A DNA stretch of 64,000 nucleotides from Eutreptiella sp. 'Long Island Sound 2002' (lineage: Eukaryota; Protista; Euglenida): positions 76,260,001-76,324,000 of the forward strand of contig OZ038378.1 of NCBI GenBank assembly GCA_964036045.1, read 5' to 3'. Shown in pieces: positions 24,296 to 36,119 of the stretch. Both the position numbers and the translations under genes were made by a program. Below the pieces are notes generated by a model. That model was not told the origin of the DNA. It saw nothing but the letters and a program-made list of their open reading frames with translations, and did not search any database. Each line of letters begins with the position of its first letter. Within the stretch, counting starts at the first letter, position 1.

Positions 24296-27270
24296 GGTAC
24301 ACACTAGAAGACCCAATCTTGATCTAGCCTAGAACACTCTAGCCTAGATGTTCTAGCCTAGATTAGATCAATACTAGAACAATATAATGTCTACCCAGAT
24401 GTGCCAATTTCTTCATTGTTCCGCCGTGCATGGTTGCTATTGTCCGTAGTGCATTGTTCCATGGTTCCTTCTCTAGCGCTTAGATATTACACATTTCTTT
24501 GAAATGAAACGCCCCGCCACTTCCCCTCTTGCTCCCTCCTCAACCGGGAAGGATAGTTCCCTCTTGTCCAGGGCACTACGGGAGTTGAGTGGGGCTTCGA
24601 ACCTCAAAGATGAGCGGGTGGGCCATTACTTGGCCACGTGGGTGCTATCATGCCCCCTAGCACGGCGGCAATTCAACAACGCCTTTGAATATGTGTAAAC
24701 CGCCACTTCTACCCAAACCACGGCTGAGGCATGCAAGGCCGCCGTCGAGGCATATGCCGCCTCCCTACTCCCCCCCGCCGCCATGTGTGAACTGGTGCTC
24801 AACATGAGGGCCCCCAAGTCCTCGTGGAGGACCCTCTCGGAGCTCTACACGCGCCGTAAGTTGGAGTACCACCGCACCGTTCCCGGTGGCCCCTATTCCC
24901 ATCCAACTTGTACCGAGCGGGAGTTCCAAGCCCGTTGGAAGGAGTTGGTCGCCCCCGTGCAATTGGATCCCCCCGTTGCCACGTTGTTGCCCAAGGCCAC
25001 CGGGATCTCATGGCCCTTCGCCTCATGGGTCACATACATTTCCTCCCGGCCGGGCTTGGTGCGGTCAATCAACCCCTCCTTCCCATGGACGTTCAGCGTC
25101 CGTGGGGATGCCTACCCCAAGGCCGGGGGCAATTGGACCCAACTCACAATCTCCTTGGCCAACTTCGACGGCTTGGCCCGCTCCCCCGTGGGCCTTGGGG
25201 CGTTGAGCATGGCCAAGTGCGATGACAAGGCCATGGCACCCTTGGGACGTTGTGGAAGAGCAATTGGGAGGTACTCCTCTCACCTAGTGCCATTCACTCG
25301 TTCCAATTTTGGTCTAGTTAGCCTCGGACGCCGCTCGCTAGAAGCTCGGCTGCACTAGACTAGCACGAAATGAACCAGCCCCCATGTCTCGTATCTAGGT
25401 GATTCAGTACATCATCGACACAGGGCTCGTCCAATAGGGTGCCTCCAAGGAGGACGCAAAGGTGATCCTTGGGGGGGGATCAACCGTGGACACGAAGGGT
25501 GATCGGGGTGTCCACATGCCCCAAAGTTGGCTCCATGTTCAATGAGGGGATATGGAATGCCCAAAAGAAGACTTGGGAGGGTAGGGCAATCCCGCGGACC
25601 ATGGAGCGTGATGAGGCCCACTACACGGCCTTCCTGCTTGGGACGCCTTCTTGCAGCGGATTTTCAAATTGCCACCTGCCTGAGTCGTCTTGTGCATTGT
25701 GCACTTGACAATGGCCATGGGCCGCTTGTTGGGGGAGTTTGTCGACCGGGAGGCTAGGTTGGTCACCTATGCGCTCCGTCAAGACCTGCAAGTCCTCCTA
25801 TCGGCGAGGCGTGCGGGTTGGAGGTTTATAAGTCAGCTTCCCTGGACGGGGAAGAGACGGCCAATTTTTTTGAGGCATGGCCCGATATTGCTAGGTGCCT
25901 CTGCATTAGGCCGAGCACTGCCAAGTACAAGGCCATCGCGAACATGTGGGACCTGCCGCAGGCCCTCTATTGTACATATCAGGGCCCTAACCCATTGAAC
26001 CGCGCCGCCGCGGCAAGGGATTTCCAGCGGCACTGCATTGTCGGTACAGCATCATGGTATGTGCTGAGCCTCGAGCATGATGTAGATACCATGTTGCAGA
26101 ACATTAAGCCATTTGGGTTGGCTATGTTCTCCGGTGACATTTCGCAAAGCATCGACCGCTTTCTGGAACATGGTCATAACGAGCACAGCAACCGGGGGGG
26201 GGGGGGGGGCAAGTCGGGTGGAGGGGGTGGACGAGCTGTCAGGTCGTCAGTGGTCAGCCATCCACAGGGACGCCAATGTGCAAGCACAAAGCATGACATG
26301 GCTGTTTACATACTTTGACGTGTCGTGGGTCGTGCACGGGGGGCCGCGCTCGCAAGTGCCGTGCTCGGGCAGGGATGCCATGGAGGTGAGGAGGGGCCAC
26401 GGCCACATGCAGGCTTCCCTCGAACAGAATATCCACCATCAGCAACATGGCTTCCAAGGAATTGGTCGAGTAGCTAATGCGACAGGTATTTTGTCGTGCG
26501 TTCTAGCGGTGATCTAGGGAAGCGTTCTAGTATTGATCTAGGCACTATCGGTCGCTAGCAGGTCGCTAGAACGCCGCTAGAACGGTTGCCTAGAACGCCG
26601 CTGGAACGCTCCGTTTTTTTGTAGCAAGAGCAGACAGCGGAGATGCTGGCAGCGGTGATCGCCCAGCAGGAGCCGCAGGATGAGCAGGCCCAGCCCAAGG
26701 CGGAGCAGGCCAAAGCCAATGCCAAGGCCACGGCCGAGGCCAAGCCCAAGCCACCCCCCCCTCGCCAAGCCCAACCCCAAGCCCCAACCCCAAGCCCAAC
26801 CTCCTTCGTTGCCACCCCCTCACGCGTTGGCCGTCAAGAAGTCGGCGAAGGCGGCCCCGCCACGCGCACAGCTGGAAGAGCTGCCAGGGTTGGCTGCGAG
26901 CTTTCTCGGCCTCGCTCGCAGCTCAGAAGGGGGCAAAGGCCAAGGCGGAGACCAAGGTCGCCCCATGGGAGATATAGCTAGTGGAGCTGCGCCGAATTGG
27001 GGATGAGGAGCGGATCGCCATGGGGTAGTAATCCCTGGGCAAGGCGAAGGACAAGGTGGAGGAGAAGGAGGAGGCCATCGGGGCGTTAGATTGCAGTGTG
27101 CAGAGGATAGAGACGATTGTGGTGGCTGAGGTGGATAAGGTGAAGGAGGAGGAGGTGGAGGAGGTGAAGGAGGTGGAGATGGAGGCGGAGGAGATGGTGG
27201 AGGAGACGGTGAAGGAGGAGGCGGAGGCCAAGGTGGTGGTGAAGATCGCGGTGGGGGGGGGGGGGTGAGG
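24296..27270 (+). mobile_element. Family A 5' portion with transposase core (A2c, CTAG type), decayed
   Basis: Left terminus GGTACACACTAGAAGACC (24296-24313); RGDAYP (Asp at 25107); GT-AG intron 25271-25398; ILGGDQPWTRRVIG (Asp at 25478); EHDVDTMLQNIKPFGLAMFSGDISQSIDRFL; intron 26486-26624; low-complexity exon. Confidence 0.75.
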
Positions 27271-27545
27271 TTTTTTGGGGGGTCGAGGGATGCGGGGGCC
27301 ATCCACGACGTGCCATGGGACCCAGCCCACCTGGTTGGCCCTTGTGTGAGCGATACCGGGCTGGGTGGCAACTAGATGGTAGCATTTTGCTAGTGCCCAA
27401 TGACTACAACAAGGCCATGGACACTCGGCCAAACATCAAATGAGAGGCTTGGCGGGTCCTATGGCGCATGCACAGCTCACAAATGTGGCGCAGTGACATG
27501 GCCTACCTGCTGCCCGACCTGGACAACATCGTTAGCTAGGCCGAC

Positions 27546-28977
27546 GTGGCCCCATGGCTGAAGCACCTCAGCCAACTTGCGAGCCAGTGTGTGGGCATCC
27601 TAGAGGTGGAATACGAAATGCAAGAGGCATTTTGCAAGCTCGTTGAGGGCTTGGCTCTTTTGTACGAGGCGTGTCCGGTACCCACCCCGGACAACATGCA
27701 AGCGGGCGCCCAACGCCACACTTGGGTGACCATCGGCGTTCGTGGCACAAACCGGTGGAGCAGGGCGTATGTACACTGTGTTGTGGCTGCTCCCGGTTCT
27801 GAGCCAACACCGCTTGCCAGTTGGTGGCTCTTTGACGGTGGCGAGATGTGGGCCACCGTGCACCGCATGCAATCGGAGTGTAACTTCCATGCACAACACC
27901 GTGCCGTGGTGGCCTTGCAACTGCCCCATGTAGATGGGTTGGCACGCAGCCCTCTATTCTTGCTACGGGCCGATGGCAAGGCCCACATCATGTTGGCCGG
28001 AGGGGACAACTTCACCAAGAAGAGGCCCGGGGCCATGGTGTGCCACTGTTGCGGTGCAAACCGTTCCACGGTGTTGCGCAAGTTTGGAGGACAAGAAGTG
28101 GTCCTTCAAAGGATCAAGGGCTGTGCCCGTCTGACCGGGGTGTTTCTCGACATCCCGGCAGACCGCCGCATTCCGGACTTCGGTGCGCATGGAGTCATGT
28201 GTGTTGCCATTGCGGGGCTGCACGGAACAGTGAGGGTGCTCATCACCGATGCACGTGCATCGAAGAGTGCTGCGGCTAGGATGGTGCAGCGCGTTGTCAA
28301 CGGGGAGCGGAAGTGGCCCGCATTGTGCACCCTAGAAAGCGGGGGGCCGAGAGGGCAAATGCCAAAAGACAAGTGCACATTGAGCTGAGAGCTGCTGCGC
28401 ACTTCGTCAAGGCCAAAATGTCGGTTCCAGTGTTGCAACGCCATCAAGTAAGGGGAAGGCCATAGGTGGATGTGTGTAGGGAGTGGTGGGAGGCATTTGC
28501 TGCCATGTCCCATGTGGTGTGGAAGCATGACTTCTTGAGTGGCCCAGAGTACAGGGCCCTGTTGCAAAAGCAACTAACCATGGGATCAAGGCACCTTGAC
28601 CTGGGTTGGGGAAGACCTTGTGGACTCACATGTGGATTGACCACATGTATGCGTATGTTGCACAACGGGGAAACATTGCAAGATATAGTTGCTTTGCATT
28701 GGAGGGCAGCCATGTGCGACCAAAGCGGCTGCTTAGGAATAGTGGGGGTGTAAGCTTGTTGAATGACAAAATGGGGTTGCAGTGTGTGGTGGACAACCAC
28801 ACATTGGATGACAACCTCCGGAAGGAGGGCTCGGAGGTTGAGAGTAGGGCGGTGACCAAGCAAGCAGGTTTCCAAGGCAGGTGCATGACTTGGTCACGTG
28901 CCCGGCGGGAGATGAAGGGGAGGCAAAACATGGTGAAGAGGACTGTGGAACGTGCATTGCAACAAAGAACCCGTTAA
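27546..28977 (+). pseudogene. RAG1/Transib-like DDE transposase (lineage B), frameshifted
   Basis: ADGKAHIMLAG..VCHCC (D-x-K-x6-G then CxxC), RRIPDFGAHG, and THMWIDHMYAYVAQRGNIARYSCFALEGSH with H-x4-H, G at +9 and E at +20 as in RAG1; frameshifts near 28375 and 28610, stop near 28462. Confidence 0.7.
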
Positions 28978-29019
28978 GTATGTGAAAATTGAAGTTTTGT
29001 GGCCGTGCACGCTCCCTGA

Positions 29020-29155
29020 GCCCTGAGTGACCCCCTAATTGGCTCTCAATGAGCTCTCAATGAGCCGTTTCGCGTACCAAGTGAGAGCTAAGTGAGAGCT
29101 AAGTGAGCCGGTTCACTGACGGCTAAATGGTGGCTCAGTTGGGTTGCTCACTCAA
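29020..29155. repeat. TGAGC/GCTCA-family repeat block 3' of lineage B transposase
   Basis: GTGAGAGCTAAGTGAGAGCTAAGTGAGCCG and CTCTCAATGAGC repeats share the arm motif of 21234 and 23742. Confidence 0.7.
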
Positions 29156-29699
29156 CCGAGTCGCGAAAAAAAGTACCCCCCCCGGGTCAAGTCCCCTCAA
29201 AGCAGGGATTGGAATCACTTTGGGGACATCACAACACCTCACCAAGCCCCGAAGGCCACAAAGTTTCACATTAACCCCCTTGAAAAACACCAATTAGCCC
29301 CAAATTAGCCGTTTTAGCCCCAAATGAGCCCCAACTTCATATTTCCAAGTGAGCCGCAGGAAGATAGAGGGGTGTAGTGTGAAAAAAAAAAGTGGAGAAA
29401 ATGGGAATAAATTGCTTGTCCTATTTGATAGTTGGTTTATTCTCAAGGTTGAAGGCAAGCGCCCAAAGTGCGCACCACAAGTCACATTGCTGGCACCGTA
29501 GCAACTTTTGGCACGCTGGTGGGCAACTACTATAAACTGTATCTAAAACCCATCAACGTGGTATGACACATTCTCCCATAAAAGCCTCGAAAAAAATCAA
29601 GGCTTGGAGGGATTAATACCCACCCCTCCTAATAGCTTCCCAACAAAAAATGGACAACGACATGCGCTCACATGCATACAGCTAAATGTGCCATTGGCA

Positions 29700-30800
29700 G
29701 CTCTTGAAACAACACAAAATTGTTCATAGCTTGACACCCATTTTTCACTTGCAAAATGGTTTTGGCACATTTTGTGCCCTAAATGGGTTCCGCAGGAATG
29801 GCTGTAGACCCGGTGCTGCAAGCATATTCCCGGAAGAGGGGGAAACCTTGTGCACCTTGAATTGCCACAACTTGTACATCGTAGGTAGTGGCGTCACATA
29901 GTGACAACCTTTGAACAATATAGTGTGCATTGCACCATGCAAATACCCACACCAATGTACAATCCCAGTTGCTTGTGGCACTCCCTAGAGTTTGTAGTGA
30001 TGCCAAGGTTGGCAGTGACAGACCACAGTACAAATCATCTTCCACCTTGGCTTAGGCCAGGCTAACTTCCTTACCATATTGCGTAGTGGAGAGAAAGGAA
30101 TGTAGCTGCATAATCTACCATCTTCGGTACACACACCGCAAAAGAATCAACATGGCTACACAACCCCTGCCTTCAAACGTCCAAGTGTGGGCAACTGTGG
30201 GATGGCACAGGCTGTTGGTAATGGACTCCAAGGTGTCTTATTAGCAATATTGTTGTTTTGCATTGCCCTTGAGGGTGCTGTAATTGCACCACATGTGGCA
30301 GAGGAAGTAACGCGATAGTGTATCATGGACCCTTTTTGAAGAAAAGCAGGTGGACAATGGCCTAAAGGACTTTGCATGCAACAACACCCTCCTCCACTAC
30401 CAAGACTTCATCCCTAGGGTGTTGATGGCTGCAACTGCCCACACCGCATGCCAAGGAGGCCGTATCTTGGGGGTAGAAAAGGGGCCATGGCTCTGCTGCC
30501 CGAGGAAGACTTGGCACATAAGATTGGCAATGAGAGGTTTGCAATAGGGATATAGCTACCCCCCCCCCATGTCAATGGTCCAGGCCATGTTTCTCCTTTC
30601 GAAGGAGGGGCTCCATTGGCATGGGGGGGGGGGGGGGTAGGAATGGCCAACCGTTCGCATTGGATTGCCACTCAATGTAGACAACGGTCCCACAATGGTG
30701 GCAAGCACACACTCATTCATAGTGCCTAGATAGACGACACCACTGCCCACATCCAACGGTTCCATATTCAAGGACATGTAAAGGGGTGACCAAATTGCAA
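29700..30800 (-). pseudogene. Highly decayed L1-like RT C-terminal remnant
   Basis: Minus-strand PLFYPQD (YADD-like), IRHLGV (YLG-like), LPTLGRL and CGLSLPTL (GGLxxP-like) in the expected order. Confidence 0.4.
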
Positions 30801-31652
30801 TATGAAACATTTGTTCAGATGCATGTAGGCATTATGCGCACTTCCCCCAAAAAATAATGTATTGCCCTAAAAGAGTGTCTCACAAATACACGCAATTAGC
30901 ACCAACCAACTATTGTGTTCAGTACCCAGTGCCCACTTGGAAGCAATGTATAGTGTTACCATAATTGGTGTGCGCATCGGGCTGACGTAGCACCGCGCGC
31001 CGTGCCTCCGCGCGTGCGACATGCGGACGGCACCCTCCCTGTGGCACAAAAGGGGGGGGGGGGGGAGCACACCCCGTGAGTACCCCCGTGAATACATGCC
31101 TATTTCATTCGGTGCGGGGAAAGTAGGAGGAAGGGAAATTGTGGGCTTACAAGGTTGGCACACAAACAAACATGTTGAGCCCTCACAAAATGCCACAATT
31201 GCTCCACTCTGCTTTTGCATCACGGTAGCTGGGCTTTTCTGTGTGTTCACGCCTGGTGCATAATCACACAGGTTTAAAGTGCTCTGAACATGCATTCTTT
31301 GGGCCATTTTCCTGGCCCCAGAAAGGGGAAAGCACCCGCAGCCAGCACCCCCACTTTGTCCTGGCTTCAACTTGGGCCAACTGAGTTCTATGGGGGAGGT
31401 GGCCATGCCACTGCTCACCATTACAACATACTGACCATGTGGCGTCCAATTCTCTGCGAGTGCCGGCAGGCCTGTTCGACTGTTGGGAGGGTCCTCTCCA
31501 CTACATCTGATGCGGGAATGGTAACACAGGGCCAGGGGGTTCCGATCACCAAATGTTGGGCATCAGTGGTGCAATTCCAAATGTCAGGGTCCAGGGCGGC
31601 AGGCAATCCCACAAGCGAGCCCCACTGTCATGACGTCGCAGGGAACAGAGAC

Positions 31653-31910
31653 CTGCGTCAGCGTGCGGCCGGAGGATAAGTCGTTGAAAATGTGCTCGTC
31701 CTCTGGCGTGGGCCGCATTGTGGCTGCATGCTCCTCGAAGTGTTGGTGCCACACGCCGCAGCACCCAACAATGCGAAACGTCCCGTACACCACGCCCCCG
31801 ATGAAGGAGAAGATGGGCTGCAGGGGCTCAGGGAACAGTGTGTGGAATGCGAATGCGTCAGCCAGGTCTCCATGCAGTTGTGTGCCGTCGCTCATGGTGT
31901 GCTCCTTGGG
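31653..31910 (-). CDS. TMEM115: TMEM115-like protein, exon 3
   Basis: PKEHTMSDGTQLHGDLADAFAFHTLFPEPLQP matches the TMEM115 GDMxDHFAFATFFPEILQP region; acceptor CACAG at 31911, donor GT at 31652; 258 nt, phase 0. Confidence 0.85.
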
Positions 31911-32224
31911 CTGTGAATCATGGTTGGGAAAGGTTGTGGGTGTGGGTGTGGAGGGGTGCAGAATGAGGGGTTAGGGTCATGGAGGGTGTGTAGAATGCCA
32001 AGCGTGTGTAGAGTGTTGTGCTGATGGAAGGTTTGAGGTTGTTCTGGAGGAGTGCGGACAGGTATGTGGCGTTGCACTGCTTTCCACAAGCTTCCATGAC
32101 CGCACAAAGGCCCCTGAAGGCCTCCAAAATGCCTTCATAGACATCACCAATTTTCCACAAGTCCCACTCAATCCGAACCAAAACCCTTGTCAAGTCCGTA
32201 GACTCCTAACCAGCCCTCTGCAAC

Positions 32225-32605
32225 CTGGTAGTACCGCAGGTAGAACCAGCCAAAGAGCATGCCGTACAGCAGATACGGGCACTGGCTGCCGGCCGGCGCG
32301 AGACCCTCCGGTGTTGCAATCGCCTGCGCGTGCGGCCCGTTGCGCACGATGAAATCCACGCAGACACCGGAGACGACGAGTAGGAACGGAATGTGCTTGA
32401 CCTTCAGCGATATGAAAGACATCATTAGCTCCTCCTCGGGCTTCGCCTGCTTAAGTGCGACAGTGAGGGCTCCGAACACGCCGAGGAACCCCGTGTAGTA
32501 CTGGGACATCATCCATTGCATGCCGAGCACGTAGCACACGTAGGCGGTGAAGAAAGTGGCAACAGCAGTGGCAACGTTGATAACTGCGATGAAAGTGACG
32601 AATTC
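32225..32605 (-). CDS. TMEM115: TMEM115-like protein, exon 2
   Basis: EFVTFIAVIN..TGFLGVFGALTVALKQAKPE..FGWFYLRYYQ; acceptor TGCAG at 32606, donor GT at 32224; 381 nt, phase 0. Confidence 0.9.
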
Positions 32606-34276
32606 CTGCATGAACAGGAGGGAGGAAGGGAGGAAAGGAGGGAGGGGGACAGGGAACAAGCAAGGGGGGATGGGGCAGGATGGAGTGAGGGAGAAAAAGA
32701 TGGCAAACGTAGAAGAAGCATGCCTGAGTGATATCCAGACTCCAGGGTACCATTATTATTACTCTCAACAGGTGTATCTCCTCCGGCTCATGGGAAACTT
32801 CCTGCACGCTACTTTGCGACCTTTGAAATATACTGCCCAAGAAAAACCTCTCAATACCCCCTACATATCTACATATTTGGGTTGGGGGATCCACAACGGC
32901 ACAAGAGGAAGCCAGTGCATACACTGGTACAACCGCAAGCCATTTTCAAGTTCAGCACAAGCTTTCAAGTCAGGTGAGACATGTCCGGCCAGCAGACAGA
33001 CACTGAACTATCCAGAAAGCTGACCTTGTTTAACAAGCCGTCCATGAAGAGCTTCAGAACAGTTGGCCCCCATTACGCACTATGGAATCCCTTGCACTGC
33101 GCGCGCACGTTGTGCGCACTGCATGCTACTTTCAGACTGAATTTTCCCCCGAAGAGCCGCAAACACACACCTTCCAAATGCCCTCAAAATAACACCACTC
33201 CAGCTTCCCTAGCTCAACATAATTGCGTACTACCTTCCTTTCCCATAAGATGCCATGAAATAATATCCCTTGGATCTGTTACGCCCTTCAGGATGCCAAA
33301 GAAGAAGATCCGCCAATGTCATGAGGGACAAAGGACAGTCTTTCTGCCCATCGAATCTCGGCTACAACCCCATTCAAGTAAGACTGCACACGATGCACAC
33401 TTGCCCACCATGCATCCTGGATCCTCGGGCTGCTCTTGGTCCGATGGTTGATCTTCCTTTGCACGCTTGTCAGCATGCTGATCTTCAACCCCGACAGTTG
33501 CATCCAACCCGGGATGCGAATCAACAGAGGCTTATGCATAGTGCCCACATTGAGGGCTACCATAGTGGGGAGAACCTAGAGACCTAAAGAGCAGAACCTG
33601 AGGCGAGTGAAAATAGGTGAAAATGGGTGAGATTGGCCGGAAATCCAAACATGGCATCTCCCCAACGCAGAAGAAGCATCAAAATACCTAGTATCAAACA
33701 ATGATGATGCCCACAAAATATTGGTTTCTAGTACAGCGAGATGCCCAAATAGTTGCACTGCACGCGCATTGTGCGCACACCGCGCTAAGTGCGCCCCCTA
33801 AAGACGGCTGTGGTGGGCCCAGGTAAGCATCTTGGGGTTAGGGCCATGCACGGGTTGTTTTCCGGAAGGCACTATGCACACGCAGCAGGTCAGGTCAAAC
33901 TGACTTGGGCAGGCAAAAGGACAGCATGGATGGTGCCTCGGACAGGCTGACCCTGTGTAACAGAACGGCCGAGCACTACTGGAACTCATTCTTGCCGGTC
34001 TCACGGTCTCGCAGAGGACGCTCCTTACCTGGTACTCAGCCTTGCTGGTGATGATGCGGTGGTCCAGCCTTCAATTCAGAGTCAGTCCAAGGGGCAGCTT
34101 GCAAACAGTGCACACACCATGCCAATAGTTTAACAGAACCTACCTCAAAACCACCTACCACATAAGATGCCTTCATCACATCTGTTGCTTCCCAAAGTAA
34201 TGGATATAGCAAGATGCCTGTGATGGATGGTTTTGTTGGAGACACTTGGGGCCAACAATGGATGCATGATGCACAC

Positions 34277-34522
34277 CTTGACGCCCCACAGCGGCTCAAT
34301 TTGCTCACCAATGAAGAGCACGCCGGTGGCAGTGAGAAGGGCCAGGGCAAGGTGGACCTCGAAGAGGCCCGACGTGAGGATGTTCCAGAGGTAGAAATGT
34401 GTGATCATTGTGTTCGTGGGGATCAGTGCGAGCGAGTCAATGGTCTTGGGCATCAACCATGAAACGAGGTAAGACAGGACAATGCATGTCGCCACGGCTT
34501 GCGATACAAGAGGGAAGCGCAT
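34277..34522 (-). CDS. TMEM115: TMEM115-like (DUF1751, rhomboid-like fold) protein, exon 1
   Basis: MRFPLVS..LALIPTNTMITHFYLWNILTSGLFEVH..GEQIEPLWGVK; ATG at 34522, donor GTGTGC at 34276; 246 nt, phase 0. Confidence 0.88.
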
Positions 34523-34703
34523 GGTGAGTACCGTGACGCCGTGCAGACGAGCCCCAACGGATCTCAAGAGGAGTAGGGCACTCAGAACGCGTTCACGGCC
34601 ATGTGATGTGGGTATTCAGGTCACTGAGAGTGCAATTGGGGATTGGATGAGGTCACCAAAAGGCAGCCCACAACAGACTGCCTCTTTCCGCCGCCCCCTG
34701 CTA

Positions 34704-34730
34704 ACACACACACACACACACACACACACA
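34704..34730. repeat. (CA)n microsatellite
   Basis: About 13 CA units read directly. Confidence 0.95.
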
Positions 34731-36119
34731 GACTACTCAGCAGTTGAAAGAGTTCCGAGAGGACTGCCCCCGTTTCCTGAATCCAGTCAGCGGGTCTGGT
34801 AAAAAGCCCTGGGCTGCGTCAAAGGCTCTCAGCACTCTGCAAGGTCTGACTGCAGCGAACATAATGCAATCCATGTGTTGATGGGTGCAGATGTAGGACA
34901 GGTGGGTTGCCATACCAACTATAATTCTTGTTAAGCTTTGTTTTGCAGACATGTCGCAGTACACAATCAGAATCAGAACCATCATCCAGATTTCACACAG
35001 GCAGGAAGCACAAATTTCACCCGGAGAGTGGCCAAAACAGCAGCAGACAAACACCGATGCTGCAACATTCCACTACAGACCATACACCAAGCCATACTTG
35101 TTTGGGTTCGGTGCTGACAAAAATGGGTGCAGTAATTTACTGTGCCATATTCACAAACACTGCACTTTGTGCATGTTTAGTGTGTTTCTTTGGGCGTGAG
35201 GTTTTTGGGGAAGTGCTGTGGCAAATGTTTTCGGACAAAATGAAGGAGGATTACATCCAAAATAAACTGTGTGCTGATCAATTTTGTTCAGTTGCTGCAA
35301 GTGTAAGCACCTGGGAGTACTGGGAGTACGGCTGCGTGCACTGAATATGCAGCGGAATGTGTAGTGAGGAGTACAGCTGTATCCACCAAAGTTGATAGAA
35401 GTTGATGGGGCAGTGCAGCTGTATCCACTGAGATTGATTGAGGAGTGCGACTGTATCTGCTGAAATTCATGGAGTGCAGTGGGGTTGTTTGAACCTCCCA
35501 CCGCGGATCTGGGTATTTGACGGGTCCCACTGAGATTTGTAGTGTTTGGGTAGGGGTCTGAGGGGGACCTCCCATAAGGTGGGATCCCACTCTTTCCTTG
35601 ATCATTTTCAGTGGAAAAACAAATGTTGGTACATGTGTCGTGTGTCCTATAGATACGTGTATGTGCTGCAGCAGGTTGTGCATGTCCGAGGTCCTACCCG
35701 CCCACCACTATTGTTGCTCGAACAAGTGTTGCACATGCACCATGTATGTTCATGCGTTGCATTCCAGCACGCCTTGGTGCCGTCCTGCAATGCACCACAA
35801 CCGCACTGCCCGTTGGCTCATAGCATACAGGGTGCGAGTCTGCTTCTTCCTGTCGATGTGTTGTTTCGCTTCGAGAACACATGCATGGAAAAGCGTGACA
35901 AAGCAAGAGAACGGCAGACGGCAGACAAGGTGTTCACGACATTCCCATTGGGACCCTAAGAGAACTGTTGGCTACTCTACGAGCACAAGTGCTCTTCCCT
36001 CTCCGCTTTTGACCATGCAGCGAGATGTAACGACATTGCGGGCGGCAAGCCCAACGTCCAAGGACACCCTTCCTGCATCAAGCGAGCGGTCAAAACGCTT
36101 GTGCGCCACTTTAGCCAGC

